From positions 133,428 to 197,427 of the forward strand of contig JBGAJA010000003.1 of the NCBI GenBank assembly GCA_044225175.1: a stretch of 64,000 nt of DNA, written 5' to 3'. This DNA is from Candidatus Omnitrophota bacterium. Its GTDB lineage: Bacteria > Omnitrophota > Gorgyraeia > Zapsychrales > Fredricksoniimonadaceae. Positions 10,319-21,000 of the stretch are shown here, one piece after another; the stretch's first letter is position 1, and each line of letters opens with the position of its first letter. The notes beneath the pieces were generated by a model that saw only the letters and a program-made list of their open reading frames with translations, did not search any database and was not told the DNA's origin. A program made the translations under genes and the position numbers.

Positions 10319-11341
10319 ATGCCAAAAACTAAAATTATTTGTACCTTAGGACCAGCTTCTGATCCTAGTTCCGTTTTATTAAAAATGATGCGTGCAGGTA
10401 TGGATGTAGTAAGACTTAATTTCTCTCATGGCAGTTTGGAAGAACATCAGTCTCGCATTAATACCATAAAAGGATTAAATAGAAAATACCGCAGACATAT
10501 TAAGATTCTAGGAGATCTAGAAGGATACCGAGTCCGCATTGGTAGTCTAAAAGGAGGCCAGGGAATTGAAGTTAAGAAAGATCAAGAGATTTGGCTGACT
10601 AACAAGAATGTGGAAGGGCATGGAAAGATTCTTCCTTTTGATTATCATGGACCTTTATCTTTAATCAAAAGAGGCAGCCAAGTTTTTATTGATGATGGCA
10701 ATATTACTTTGGTTGTTTATAGCCATGGAAAGAATATTTTAAAGACTAGAGTTGTGGTTCCTGGAATTATTAAACAGCATAAAGGGATCAATATTCCAGA
10801 TGTGAAGCTTAAGTTTAAAGGAATTACCGATAAAGATGAAGTGAATATCCAGTTTTGTTTAAAGAATAAAATTGACTTTATTGCTCAATCTTTTGTTAGA
10901 AATAGGCAAGATGTCAGGAATTTAAAAAAACAAATTCCAAGAAAAGGACATCAGCCTCTTATTATTGCTAAGATTGAAGATCGCCAGGGAATTAGTAATA
11001 TTGACTCCATTATTCAATCCTGCGATGGAATTATGATCGCCCGTGGTGATATGGGTGTTTCTTTGCCTATCTATGAAGTTCCTATCATTCAGAAGGAAAT
11101 TATCCATAAATGTAACACAGAATGGAAATTTGCTATTACAGCAACCCAAATGCTAGAAAGCATGATCGTTAATCAAAGGCCTACCCGCGCAGAAGTTTCT
11201 GATGTGGCTAATGCCATTCTTGATGGTACTAATTATGTCATGCTATCTGGAGAAACCGCGGTTGGAGCCTATCCCGTCCGATGTGTGGAGATGATGAACA
11301 AAATTATTCAGTTTACGGAGATTCATAGAACGGGAATCTAA
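10319..11341 (+). CDS. pyruvate kinase-like protein lacking the C-terminal (allosteric) domain
   Basis: [14 protein letters not shown]...[10 protein letters not shown]...MIARGDMGV motifs of PK barrel and B domain. Only 340 aa versus ~470 typical. No PK_C-like ORF was seen downstream. Confidence 0.7.
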   Translation: MPKTKIICTLGPASDPSSVLLKMMRAGMDVVRLNFSHGSLEEHQSRINTIKGLNRKYRRHIKILGDLEGYRVRIGSLKGGQGIEVKKDQEIWLTNKNVEGHGKILPFDYHGPLSLIKRGSQVFIDDGNITLVVYSHGKNILKTRVVVPGIIKQHKGINIPDVKLKFKGITDKDEVNIQFCLKNKIDFIAQSFVRNRQDVRNLKKQIPRKGHQPLIIAKIEDRQGISNIDSIIQSCDGIMIARGDMGVSLPIYEVPIIQKEIIHKCNTEWKFAITATQMLESMIVNQRPTRAEVSDVANAILDGTNYVMLSGETAVGAYPVRCVEMMNKIIQFTEIHRTGI

Positions 11342-11469
11342 TGTAAGCTAAGTACCTCGCCTTTAGTTTTCTTCTCTCGTTAATCCTGAATTCATTTTAT
11401 CTTTATTTCTGCTTTGCTAAAGTTCCTTTGCAGTTAATGGTGACCATTAACAAAAACAAGGAGTTTCCT

Positions 11470-11904
11470 ATGTCGACTAAACTCACCGATGCAATCATTG
11501 TAAAAGGTAATATCAGAGAGATCTATAAGTTATGGGCTAATTTTGAAAACTTTCCACACTTTATGAAAAATATTAAGTCAGTTACAAAAACAGGAGATGG
11601 AACAAGCCATTGGGTCATGGCAGGTCCTATGGGTAAAGATTTGGAATGGGATGCTCAAATTACCGAATTATTACCCCCTAAACGCATCGCGTGGAATAGT
11701 GTTGATGGAAACATTAAAACAAGTGGAGAAGTAACATTTAATCAATTAAATCACGATGAAACCCAGATCACCGTGTTAATGCAGTATTCGCCTCCTGCGG
11801 GAGTATGGGGAGATGTTGCTTCTCAGCTTATCGCTGATCCCGATAAAAGATTAGATGATGACCTAAGAGATTTTAAGAAGTTTGCGGAAGCTAGAATAGC
11901 TTAA
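11470..11904 (+). CDS. SRPBCC (cyclase/dehydrase, Coq10-like) family protein
   Basis: Start at MSTKL with RBS AAGGAG; Trp-rich lipid-binding fold pattern. Confidence 0.55.
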   Translation: MSTKLTDAIIVKGNIREIYKLWANFENFPHFMKNIKSVTKTGDGTSHWVMAGPMGKDLEWDAQITELLPPKRIAWNSVDGNIKTSGEVTFNQLNHDETQITVLMQYSPPAGVWGDVASQLIADPDKRLDDDLRDFKKFAEARIA

Positions 11905-11927
11905 TAAAATAAATAAAGGCTCTTCGA

Positions 11928-11975
11928 GATCAAAGACCAGGCATCATTTTCATTAATGATGCCTGGTCTTTGATC
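11928..11975 (+). other. perfect 20-bp stem hairpin (loop 8 nt) without U-tract
   Basis: GATCAAAGACCAGGCATCAT ... ATGATGCCTGGTCTTTGATC. Confidence 0.6.
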
Positions 11976-12270
11976 CTTACCCACCATAATCCCTCTATCA
12001 AATAGATTGACGAAATGCTGCATACCCTGTACTGTGTAACTCGTACATCCAACACCCCTTCTAGCGAATTTCAAAAAGGAGCATCATTGATCAAAAAAAC
12101 AGTTACCTCCCGAAAAGGAAGAAAATGCAAACAGCATGGCTGCAAGCATTTGTTAAGTATTTATAACCATGAAGCATATTGTCACGTGCATTCGGATCAT
12201 TCTTCGCATAAGCAAAGTTCAGTTGTAGTCAAATCAAGGTAGGAACAAGTATAGTATAAAAAGGAAGATC

Positions 12271-13284
12271 ATGAAGATTAGCGAATTGGCAGTGCTTCTT
12301 GAAGGCACCTTTGAAGGTGATGCCAATACAGAAATTATCTCTTTAAGCGGTATTGCAAATTCGAAAGTAGGCGACTTAACATTTGCCATGGATGAAGAGA
12401 GGTTCGCAAGTGCCGAACAAAGCCAAAGCTCATGCATTTTAACTACAAAAAATACAAGAACCTCGTCCAAGCCTCTCATCCGTGTCCATAATCCTAAATT
12501 AGCTTTCCTTATAGCATATAATATTTTGTTACAAAAACCCGGCAGGGAAGCTTCTATTCATCCCACTGCTGCTATAGCAAGCTCTGTCCAATTGGGTGAG
12601 AATGTTTGTATTGCTTCACATGTGACCATTGAAGAAGATGTCGTGATTGGAAATAATGTAATGCTTGAAAGTGGAGTTACGGTGAAAAGGAATTGCAAAA
12701 TTGGAGATTTTTGTCACCTCCAAAATCAAGTCGTACTTTATGAAAACACTATTTTAGAGAACAATGTTGTTCTTCACAGCGGGGTGATTGTAGGCTCGGA
12801 TGGATTTGGTTATGTGAAAGATAAGGGTATTATTTATAAATTTCCTCAATTAGGAAAAGTGATTATACGAGAGAATGTGGAAATTGGCGCAAATTCGACG
12901 ATTGATCGAGGATCCTTAGATGACACTATAATAGGGCCTAATTCTAAAATCGATAACCTTTGTCATATTGCTCATAATGTAAAAATAGGAAAAAATTTCA
13001 TTATGGCCGCTCAAAGCGGAATAGCTGGAAGTACTGTCATTGGAGACAATGTCACAATTAGCGGACAAGTTGCCATTACTGACAATGTGACAATTGGGCA
13101 TAATGTTAAAGTTGGCGGAAAAAGCGCTGTGATTGGTCATATTGAAGATAATGCAGTTTTTTGGGGCATTCCCGCCCGCCCATTAAAGCAGGTCAAAAGA
13201 CAAATGGCTGTTCTCGCATGGCTTACTAAGAACTTTTCATTTCTCTCACGATCTATCAAAGAAAAAGAAGTATTGACCCCGTAA
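12271..13284 (+). CDS. lpxD: UDP-3-O-(3-hydroxyacyl)glucosamine N-acyltransferase
   Basis: N-terminal LpxD domain followed by left-handed beta-helix hexapeptide repeats (IGxNVxI...). Confidence 0.85.
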   Translation: MKISELAVLLEGTFEGDANTEIISLSGIANSKVGDLTFAMDEERFASAEQSQSSCILTTKNTRTSSKPLIRVHNPKLAFLIAYNILLQKPGREASIHPTAAIASSVQLGENVCIASHVTIEEDVVIGNNVMLESGVTVKRNCKIGDFCHLQNQVVLYENTILENNVVLHSGVIVGSDGFGYVKDKGIIYKFPQLGKVIIRENVEIGANSTIDRGSLDDTIIGPNSKIDNLCHIAHNVKIGKNFIMAAQSGIAGSTVIGDNVTISGQVAITDNVTIGHNVKVGGKSAVIGHIEDNAVFWGIPARPLKQVKRQMAVLAWLTKNFSFLSRSIKEKEVLTP

Positions 13285-13402
13285 TTCTTACCTGTGTGTT
13301 TCAAATCTTCTGTTTAATATTATTTTAACGATCACTTAATCTTATCAAAGCTATATTGAGATTAAGAATTCTTATTAATGATTTATTAAAAAGGAGCAGA
13401 AT

Positions 13403-13966
13403 ATGACGAAAAAAGATAAGTTAGCAAATCTTTGCGATTTATATGTCCATGAGTTAAAAGACATTTATAACGCAGAAAAACAAATTACTAAAGCATTGCC
13501 TAAATTAGCAAAGGCCGCCTCATCCCCAGACCTTAAGAGTGCTTTTGAAGAACATCTACAGCAAACCCATCAACAAATTGAAAGATTAGATAAGATCTTC
13601 CAACGTTTATCAAAGAGTTCCACGGGGCCTAAATGCAAGGGCATGGAAGGTTTATTAACCGAAGGAGACGAATTCACAAAAGAAGAGGCTTCTCCTGAAG
13701 TTCTCGATGCTGGGATGATTGTTGCAGCCCAAAAGGTTGAACATTATGAAATTGCAGCCTACGGGAGTTTATGCACATATGCAGAAATGCTGGGGTTTGA
13801 GGAAGATCTGGAACTTCTAAAAGAAACCCTCAATGAGGAAGAAGAGACAGATCAAAATCTGACCCAACTGGCCGAATCTCATATCAATGAACAAGCCGAA
13901 AAGCTAGGTATGGATTCTGAAGAAGAAAAACTTGCTGTTACAAATAGCAGCAGATCACGAAAATAA
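13403..13966 (+). CDS. DUF892 ferritin-like stress protein (YciE/YciF family)
   Basis: LYVHELKDIYNAEKQITKALPKLAKAA...VEHYEIAAYGS; paralog of 50242..50742. Confidence 0.75.
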   Translation: MTKKDKLANLCDLYVHELKDIYNAEKQITKALPKLAKAASSPDLKSAFEEHLQQTHQQIERLDKIFQRLSKSSTGPKCKGMEGLLTEGDEFTKEEASPEVLDAGMIVAAQKVEHYEIAAYGSLCTYAEMLGFEEDLELLKETLNEEEETDQNLTQLAESHINEQAEKLGMDSEEEKLAVTNSSRSRK

Positions 13967-13974
13967 AAATTCTA

Positions 13975-14012
13975 AAAAGACCATGAGGAATCTTCTCATG
14001 GTCTTTTATTTT
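13975..14012 (+). terminator. rho-independent terminator
   Basis: AAAAGACCATGAG gaatcttc CTCATGGTCTTTTATTTT. Confidence 0.75.
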
Positions 14013-14198
14013 AGAAAGGAAGCCTATGCGTTTTATACTGTCTACGTTGATGATTACCTGTGGTTTTCTCCTTTATGGGTATACCCTAGATAAACAATCC
14101 TCGTATGCAGATATAAAAGATTAGAATCCCCATTAATTGTCAGCTGAGTTGCAAAGGTTTTTTCTTTAAGTTACAATGTCTATACTTAAGGGGGATAG

Positions 14199-14609
14199 AT
14201 GGATCGAAAGAAAATTATTGTAACGATATGGCTTGCAACATTGGTCTTGGCTCCATTATTTTTCTTTTTGTCTTCCAAAGCGGATCGTTATTTCCTATCT
14301 AACCGTGTATTATCCAACGAAAAAATATCCCTTCAAAATCAATCCTTCGAAAAGAGAAAAGGATTTGATCTTTTTAGAAGTCCAGCTGATGATGAGCGAT
14401 TAATCAAAATGCTTGAAGATCGTATGCATGAAGACCAGAGAATTTTCTTTATATTGTTAGCCATTATTTTTGTCATCCTTAATATTGCGGCATGTCTCTT
14501 GTATGTCTTTAATATGAAACCAGTATCCATTGTGACATTGATGCTGTTCTATGTTTTGATAGGAGTTTTTCTTGTAATGCAAAGTTTAATAAGGATCAAC
14601 CCACATTAA
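14199..14609 (+). CDS. hypothetical membrane protein
   Basis: Three hydrophobic helices; no domain recognised. Confidence 0.45.
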   Translation: MDRKKIIVTIWLATLVLAPLFFFLSSKADRYFLSNRVLSNEKISLQNQSFEKRKGFDLFRSPADDERLIKMLEDRMHEDQRIFFILLAIIFVILNIAACLLYVFNMKPVSIVTLMLFYVLIGVFLVMQSLIRINPH

Positions 14610-14618
14610 GGAGAGTAT

Positions 14619-15167
14619 ATGCATGATAGTCTTTCAGAACGAGGACACACTTTAGAAGAACTATTCTTTAGACAACGTGATGCGGAGCTTGTTGAGAAAC
14701 GCAAGAAACTTGAACAAATGGAAAAGAACAAAGAGGCACTGGCCAAAGTCTCGGGGATTAAGAATCCTAAGGTTTTAGATAAATTAGTTGAGTTGGAAGT
14801 CTCTCCTGCTATTTTAACTTCACTGACTGTTGTTCCACTTGTTGAAGTTGCTTGGGCTGATGGGAATTTAGATCAAAAAGAAAGAGAAGCGATATTGGCA
14901 GAAGCAGCCAAACACAATGCTGCGGACAATCAGCTTTTAGAATTCTGGCTTAAAGAAAGACCTTCTTCCAAGTTCTTGGAAGCATGGCTTCATTATATTG
15001 CAGGTCTTAAAGAAACGATGGATCCTAAAGAAATGGAAAGCTTAAAGAAAGAATTATTGCATGGAGCCAATACAGTTGCCAAAGCAGCTGGAGGAGGCTT
15101 TTTAGGATTAGAAAGAGTATCTCCAGAAGAAAAAGCAGTTTTAAAGAAAATGGAAGAAGCATTTTAA
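14619..15167 (+). CDS. TerB-like (tellurite-resistance TerB / DjlA N-domain-like) protein
   Basis: VEVAWADGNLDQKEREAIL motif typical of TerB domains. Confidence 0.4.
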   Translation: MHDSLSERGHTLEELFFRQRDAELVEKRKKLEQMEKNKEALAKVSGIKNPKVLDKLVELEVSPAILTSLTVVPLVEVAWADGNLDQKEREAILAEAAKHNAADNQLLEFWLKERPSSKFLEAWLHYIAGLKETMDPKEMESLKKELLHGANTVAKAAGGGFLGLERVSPEEKAVLKKMEEAF

Positions 15168-15243
15168 TATGTAACACCTTCGTTTAACCCTCACTATTCT
15201 TCATCTTCTCTTCATCTTTGTTTTGATACACTAAATTATAAAG

Positions 15244-15271
15244 GTAGAGACGCATAGCAATGCGTCTCTAC
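15244..15271 (+). repeat. GTAGAGACG-family hairpin repeat (copy 1)
   Basis: GTAGAGACGCAT agca ATGCGTCTCTAC; related copies at 47450 and 59892. Confidence 0.6.
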
Positions 15272-15296
15272 GGTAAAATTAAAAAAGGATGAAAAA

Positions 15297-15815
15297 ATGA
15301 AAAAAATTCTTATCAGTTCTTTTATCGTCATTAGCAGTTGGACTATGTATTCCTTTAGTTTTGCTGAAACATGGCAGGATACTGCTCCAACAATTACAGG
15401 AGATTCTGGTGTTAGTGCTCAAGGAAGTACCGTCACTTCAAATACTCCCGGACTAAATAGTACTACTCCTCAGAGATCTGTCAGTACTCAAGGCAGAGGA
15501 GTAAGTTCAGAAACCCGAGGACTAAATAGCACAACTCCTGATCGTGCTGTGAGTACTCAAGGAAGAGCTGTTAGTTCTCAGACTCGAGGAATTAACAGTA
15601 CTGACCGACAAGAACAAGGGATTTTTATAAGTAATACTCCCAGTAATTTTGTCAGTGCTGCTACTAGTAATGCTACCAGTAATGCTACCAGTAATGCGGA
15701 TGCTACAGGAACTACAGATTCTCAAACATTTAATTCTGCCTCAGATGCTGAGAATTCATCCACGTTTCCAAGTGACACATCTTTTAATGTAACCAATGCA
15801 GAAAATGAAGATTAA
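15297..15815 (+). CDS. secreted Ser/Thr-rich repeat protein
   Basis: Signal peptide; 69-nt tandem repeats (GLNSTTPxRxVSTQGRxVSSxTR x2.5) plus a 12-nt microsatellite (ATSNATSNATSNA). Confidence 0.55.
   Translation: MKKILISSFIVISSWTMYSFSFAETWQDTAPTITGDSGVSAQGSTVTSNTPGLNSTTPQRSVSTQGRGVSSETRGLNSTTPDRAVSTQGRAVSSQTRGINSTDRQEQGIFISNTPSNFVSAATSNATSNATSNADATGTTDSQTFNSASDAENSSTFPSDTSFNVTNAENED
15450..15600 (+). repeat. 69-nt in-frame tandem repeat (~2.2 copies) inside 15297..15815
   Basis: ggactaaatag(t/c)ac(t/a)actcct... units begin at 15450, 15519, 15588. Confidence 0.6.
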
Positions 15816-15833
15816 CAAACCTAAGGAGAAAAA

Positions 15834-16277
15834 ATGAGTAATAGAATCCTACAACTTACATTAGCAATTACAGCATGTTTCGCTACAACCATGTGCTATG
15901 CGGCGAATTTCAACAACCCGGTAGAAGGAAGATTAAAGGCGGTTTATGGAGATTTCATTTCTGTTATTATTCCTTCAACTACCATGAAGTCTAATGATAG
16001 CAATGATATGAAAAAGGGAGAACTTACTATGAAACTAAGTCCTTCCACGCGTTATGAGAATTTTAGTCAATTAAGTGACCTAAAATCAGGGGATTTAGTC
16101 AGAGTCACCTATGAAGAGGGGCTTGCTGCTAAGGATTCATCATTTACAGCTACTCATATTACCAAACTCGAATCAGCAACCGATGGTACTAAAGAAGTAA
16201 GTACTACATCAGTGACTACAACGACTGTGACTACAAATACTGTCGTTCCTGACGATTATCGTCAGAATAACTACTAG
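15834..16277 (+). CDS. secreted hypothetical protein, Thr/Val-rich C-terminus
   Basis: Signal peptide MSNRILQLTLAITACFATTMCYA. Confidence 0.5.
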   Translation: MSNRILQLTLAITACFATTMCYAANFNNPVEGRLKAVYGDFISVIIPSTTMKSNDSNDMKKGELTMKLSPSTRYENFSQLSDLKSGDLVRVTYEEGLAAKDSSFTATHITKLESATDGTKEVSTTSVTTTTVTTNTVVPDDYRQNNY

Positions 16278-16287
16278 AACAGCATTC

Positions 16288-16327
16288 TCTCATGACCGAA
16301 GAATATTTCGGTCATGAGATGTTTTTT
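16288..16327 (+). terminator. rho-independent terminator
   Basis: TCTCATGACCGAA gaatat TTCGGTCATGAGA TGTTTTTT. Confidence 0.75.
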
Positions 16328-16353
16328 CCTTCCCATCATGCTATTGTGAAGGC

Positions 16354-17886
16354 ATGACAAATCCTCTATATACTCCAGAACAAATCCAGCAATGCATAAT
16401 CTTATTGGAGAATTTAATATCTAATAGCGAACAGCTCGCTCATTTATCGCCAGAGCACAGGCTTGCTTTAATTAAAGCCAGTGGAGCTTTGTCACGGCCT
16501 AATCGTGATGAACTGCGAAAAAGAAGAAAAGATAGTTCCAAGCTTAAACGTCAGAAGATTGATCATCATGAAAGAAAAGTACGCGCCCAAACCGGCATAC
16601 GCAAAGCAAGAGAGGCCTCTGTATTTAGCGCTCCTTTACAAATTGCGAATCCTGACACGGCGGTTATTAAGCCTTCTGAATTAATTAACCCCAGAGATTG
16701 TTATGTATGTAAACAGGCCTTTACACAGTTACATTTTTTTTATGACACTATGTGTCCGACGTGTGCAGAGTTAAATTATGCTAAGCGCTTCCAGAGTGCT
16801 TCTTTAGAAGGACAGGTTGCTTTAATAACGGGATCCCGTTTAAAGATTGGCTATCAGGCTTCTTTGATGATGCTACGTGCAGGGGCTCTGGTTATTGCAA
16901 CTACACGTTTTCCTGTTGATTCTGCGTTTCGCTATTCTAAAGAAAAAGACTTTAGTGAATGGAAGCACCGCCTGCATATTTATGGGCTTGATCTTAGACA
17001 TACCCCTAGTGTAGAAATTTTCTGCAATTACGTAGAGCAGCGTTATGATCGGCTGGATTTGTTGATTAATAATGCAGCCCAAACAGTTAGGCGTCCCCCT
17101 GGTTTTTATGCTCATTTAATGCCCAATGAGATTATTGACTTTGATGCATTGCCAGCAGATATTCAAGCACTACTTCGGCCTTTTGAGGAGTGTAAAACTA
17201 GAATCACATCTATGTCTCCGTCGAGGAATACAGATTTAAAGCCTGTGTTGGAATGGAATGGGAAGATGACAGGTATGGGGCTTCATGCCTCGGCCAAGCT
17301 TTCCCAGATCCCCTATATTCACGATAATGCTCTTTCATCAGAAAAAGTATTTCCCAAAGGACAATTGGATGCTGATTTACAGCAGGTTGATCTTCGTCAG
17401 ATGAATAGCTGGCGGCTGTCTTTGGGAGAAATTGATACAGCTGAAATGATCGAACTTCAGCTGGTAAATTCGATAGCTCCTTTTGTATTATGTAATAAGT
17501 TATCAGGAATGATGAAGCGTGAGAATACCGGCAAGAAACATATCGTGAATGTCTCTGCCATGGAAGGTAAGTTTCATCGCTTTACCAAAACAGATAAACA
17601 TCCCCACACTAATATGGCTAAGGCAGCTCTTAATATGCTTGTTCGTACATCCGCTAGCGGATTAGTCAAGCATGGAATTTTTATGAATGCTGTAGATACT
17701 GGCTGGGTCACGGATGAGGATCCCTTAAGATTTTCTTCATATAAGCAAGAAGTATTAGATTTTCAGCCACCTTTGGATATTGTAGATGGTGCCGCTCGTG
17801 TTTGTGATCCTTTCTTTGATGGAATTAAAACAGGCCAGCATTGGTGCGGTAAATTTCTTAAAGATTATTACCCAGTTGATTGGTAA
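16354..17886 (+). CDS. atypical SDR-fold oxidoreductase-like protein with N-terminal extension and CxxC...CxxC cluster
   Basis: Rossmann ITGSRLKIG and NNAAQT motifs. The CYVCKQ...CPTC motif lies upstream. The canonical YxxxK appears replaced by HTNMAK. Confidence 0.5.
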   Translation: MTNPLYTPEQIQQCIILLENLISNSEQLAHLSPEHRLALIKASGALSRPNRDELRKRRKDSSKLKRQKIDHHERKVRAQTGIRKAREASVFSAPLQIANPDTAVIKPSELINPRDCYVCKQAFTQLHFFYDTMCPTCAELNYAKRFQSASLEGQVALITGSRLKIGYQASLMMLRAGALVIATTRFPVDSAFRYSKEKDFSEWKHRLHIYGLDLRHTPSVEIFCNYVEQRYDRLDLLINNAAQTVRRPPGFYAHLMPNEIIDFDALPADIQALLRPFEECKTRITSMSPSRNTDLKPVLEWNGKMTGMGLHASAKLSQIPYIHDNALSSEKVFPKGQLDADLQQVDLRQMNSWRLSLGEIDTAEMIELQLVNSIAPFVLCNKLSGMMKRENTGKKHIVNVSAMEGKFHRFTKTDKHPHTNMAKAALNMLVRTSASGLVKHGIFMNAVDTGWVTDEDPLRFSSYKQEVLDFQPPLDIVDGAARVCDPFFDGIKTGQHWCGKFLKDYYPVDW

Positions 17887-18005
17887 GTCATTGCAATCAA
17901 TATATTTAGATCATTCCGATCATTTCCATCCCCTTAAGTGGCACATTCTGCCTTCATAGTTTATACTCTATCCTACTAATATAAATACTAGTAATAGGAG
18001 CCATT

Positions 18006-21000
18006 TTGTATCATTGGAACTTTAAAATAGTAAAAAGACGTTTAATATCCCTTGTATTAGTCTTGAGTTTCGGATTAAGCGCTGTTTTCCCTGGATCTGC
18101 CTTAGGGATTGAACCACAAGTACTGAATTTACCAGTTTCAGGAACTATGGTAACCAGTACGCCTGCTTTTCAGCCTATCTTGTTAAAAGGTATGACTTTA
18201 CATCCTGAGAATCCTCTTCAATTTGATTTCATTGTGGATGTGGGGGATCAGAAGATTCGAGGACAACAATTACGTCAAGAATCATCAAAATTGATTAAAT
18301 ATTTCCTCGCAGCTCTTACAGTTCCTGAAAAGGAAATGTGGGTCAATTTATCACCTTATGAAAAAGATCGTATAATTCCTGAAAGCTTTGGTCTCACAGA
18401 GATGGGTCGTGATTTATTAGCTCAGGATTACATCTTAAAACAACTCACAGCTTCCCTCATTTATCCTGAGAAAGACTTAGGAAAAGCATTTTGGTCGCAA
18501 GTCTATAAGAAACTCCAGGAACAGTACGGAACAACGGACATTCCCATCAATACCTTTAATAAGGTGTGGATAGTCCCTGACAAGGCCTCCGTTATGGAAT
18601 ACAACTCAAGTGTATTTGTGAAGGAGAGCCATCTGAAGGTGATGCTGGAGGAGGATTATTTATCATTACAGAAAAATCATGCCTCCACGACAAATCAAAT
18701 TGGTTCCAAAATTATCCGCAACTTGATCCTTCCCGAAATCGAAAAAGAGGTTAATGAAGGTCAGAATTTCTCCAATCTTCGCCAAATCTACAACTCTATG
18801 ATTTTAGCCACATGGTACAAAATTCGTCTAAAAGAGAGTCTTCTGGGGAAACTCTACGTGGATCAGAATAAAGTCAAAGGCATTGACCTTAAGGATACTC
18901 AAGTTAAGCAGAAGATCTACGAACAATATCTCAAATCATTCAAAAAAGGCGTTTACAACTACATCAAAGAAGAACAGGACCCTATAACTGAGAAGATGAT
19001 CCCAAGAAAGTATTTCTCAGGAGGATTCGAAGCTCAAAGTCTACCTGGTATAGTTCGTCAGAATTCAGAAATACTTCCAACAAGAGCTGCCATGTTTTCT
19101 GCAATTCAAAGAAAAGATTTAGCTCAAATGACTCAAGGGAGATTTACGATTGTTCAAGCAATATTGGGAGAAGTTAAAGATAAAGCTATGACCATCCAAG
19201 GAAATGTGATCAATGGCCTTCGCCTTGAAAGGAAACAAGAGGATGCACAAACAATCAGCATGATTGATCAGTGGATTCAAAAGTTAAATGAAGATAGCAA
19301 GGATATAAGATTGGAAGATTTAAGAAACAGTTTGTCTGTCCTTTTATGGGATCTCCTTGGTTCGGAAGATGAATTATGGCAAACAAATTCTATTGGTGAT
19401 TCCATTGCTTCTTTGAAAATTAAAGAATTATTGCGAGTACTCCAGGAATTCTGGAATAAGAATCCGTCACTGAAAAGAGAAAGATTTGAAGGAACGGTGC
19501 AAGTATTTTTAGATGTTATTGAGAAAAAGTTTAATGCCTTAAACGTGCCGCGTTTATATGTTTTTCATCAATTGCTCTGGCAAGACAATCCAAACATAGG
19601 GGCGCGGCTTATTCTTAAAACAATAAGACATATACTGGGTCATTATATTATTCTTGGAAAGAATGGCATTGATAGCAGCACTTCGTATTCCCATATTCTT
19701 GTAGATTTGTTGTACCTCAATCAACAGCTAAAAATTGCTGATAAAGAATTGTCTTCTAATACTCACGGTCCCAAGACATTGGTTTCTCTATTAAAAGAGA
19801 GACTTTTTAGCTATTCTTCACCCGCCTCACTTTTTTCTGATTCCCAGGCGGCTGAGATTATTTTTGGGCTTATCCTGGTAAATCCTCAATATGCTTTAGA
19901 AAATTTTACTGATCCACAGATGCTTCTTGAAGTTACAAGAATGTTTTGTGAGCATCCTGAGAAAGTGGCACTCAGAATACATACAGGGATTCGAACTTAC
20001 TTAAGTACTTATGTAAAGTGGCTAAGCCGCAGCAATGTCGATAAAATCCAGATCAATAAGAAAATCATAGATTCATTTGGACCATTACGTGGTAACGATG
20101 GTGAATTTTATGCAACTGATTGGGTTTGGGATTTTTCATCTAATCACAATGATCAATTAATTAGAGACTTTCAACGCAGTTTATTTCAATCGCCCTTTAA
20201 TGTATTAAACCGTTACAAAATGTTAATGGATTCTGTAATCAGTCAATTTGATACAGATCAATTGAATGATTTAAATTTCTATTCTTTGAAAAAAGATGAT
20301 CACGTCATTATGAAAGTAAGATTATCTGATGGAACAGACCAGGATGTTCTTTTTGTTGTTAAGGACAATAACTCAGAACTTGGAATGATCAATTTAATTG
20401 CATTGGATGGAGTATGGGAAGCTTCGCTTCATTTATCCAGGCAGTCACAAGACCAGGTTGTCAATAGGGTCCGCTATGATTGGGTGTATGGATCAATTGG
20501 CTCAAAGGTCAATGCGCTCATGAAAGCCAAACCTAAAGGGAAAATAACAATCAGCCATACTAATGCGGCTATGATTGCAGAATTTGAGGGGAAGATTTTG
20601 CTTGATCCTGAAAGTGGTCGCATACGTTATGGAACAACTGGTCCTATCTCTGAATTGAAAAGTGATCTTTGGTTCATTCGTCATGGTTCCACAGAAGGCG
20701 AAGAATTTAATCGTCTTAATAAGAAAGGTAAAGAGCAGGCAGAATATGCTGCTTCTCAGCTTTTCAACCTTTTAAGAGATAAAATAAAATCTGAAAAAGA
20801 GATTGTTGTTCTGACAAGTCCGTTAGAACGTGATCAAGAGACTGCTCAATTCTTTGTTGATTTAGTTAAGTTGAAATTAAACAAAGACTTAAAGATTGTC
20901 ATAGATACTGGTGTTAATGAGGCTGGGGAGAACTTTCTCGATTGGATTGCTAAAGCTAAGGATTGGATTGAGACAATTAATGAGAAGTATTCTAAAGATA

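Noticed and set aside
12015-12479. Small ORFs 12015..12242 (+, Cys/His-rich) and 12234..12479 (-) upstream of lpxD
   Set aside because: No RBS or recognisable domain; the second overlaps the lpxD start in antisense. Likely promoter/leader region, though the Cys/His-rich 75-aa frame cannot be fully excluded.
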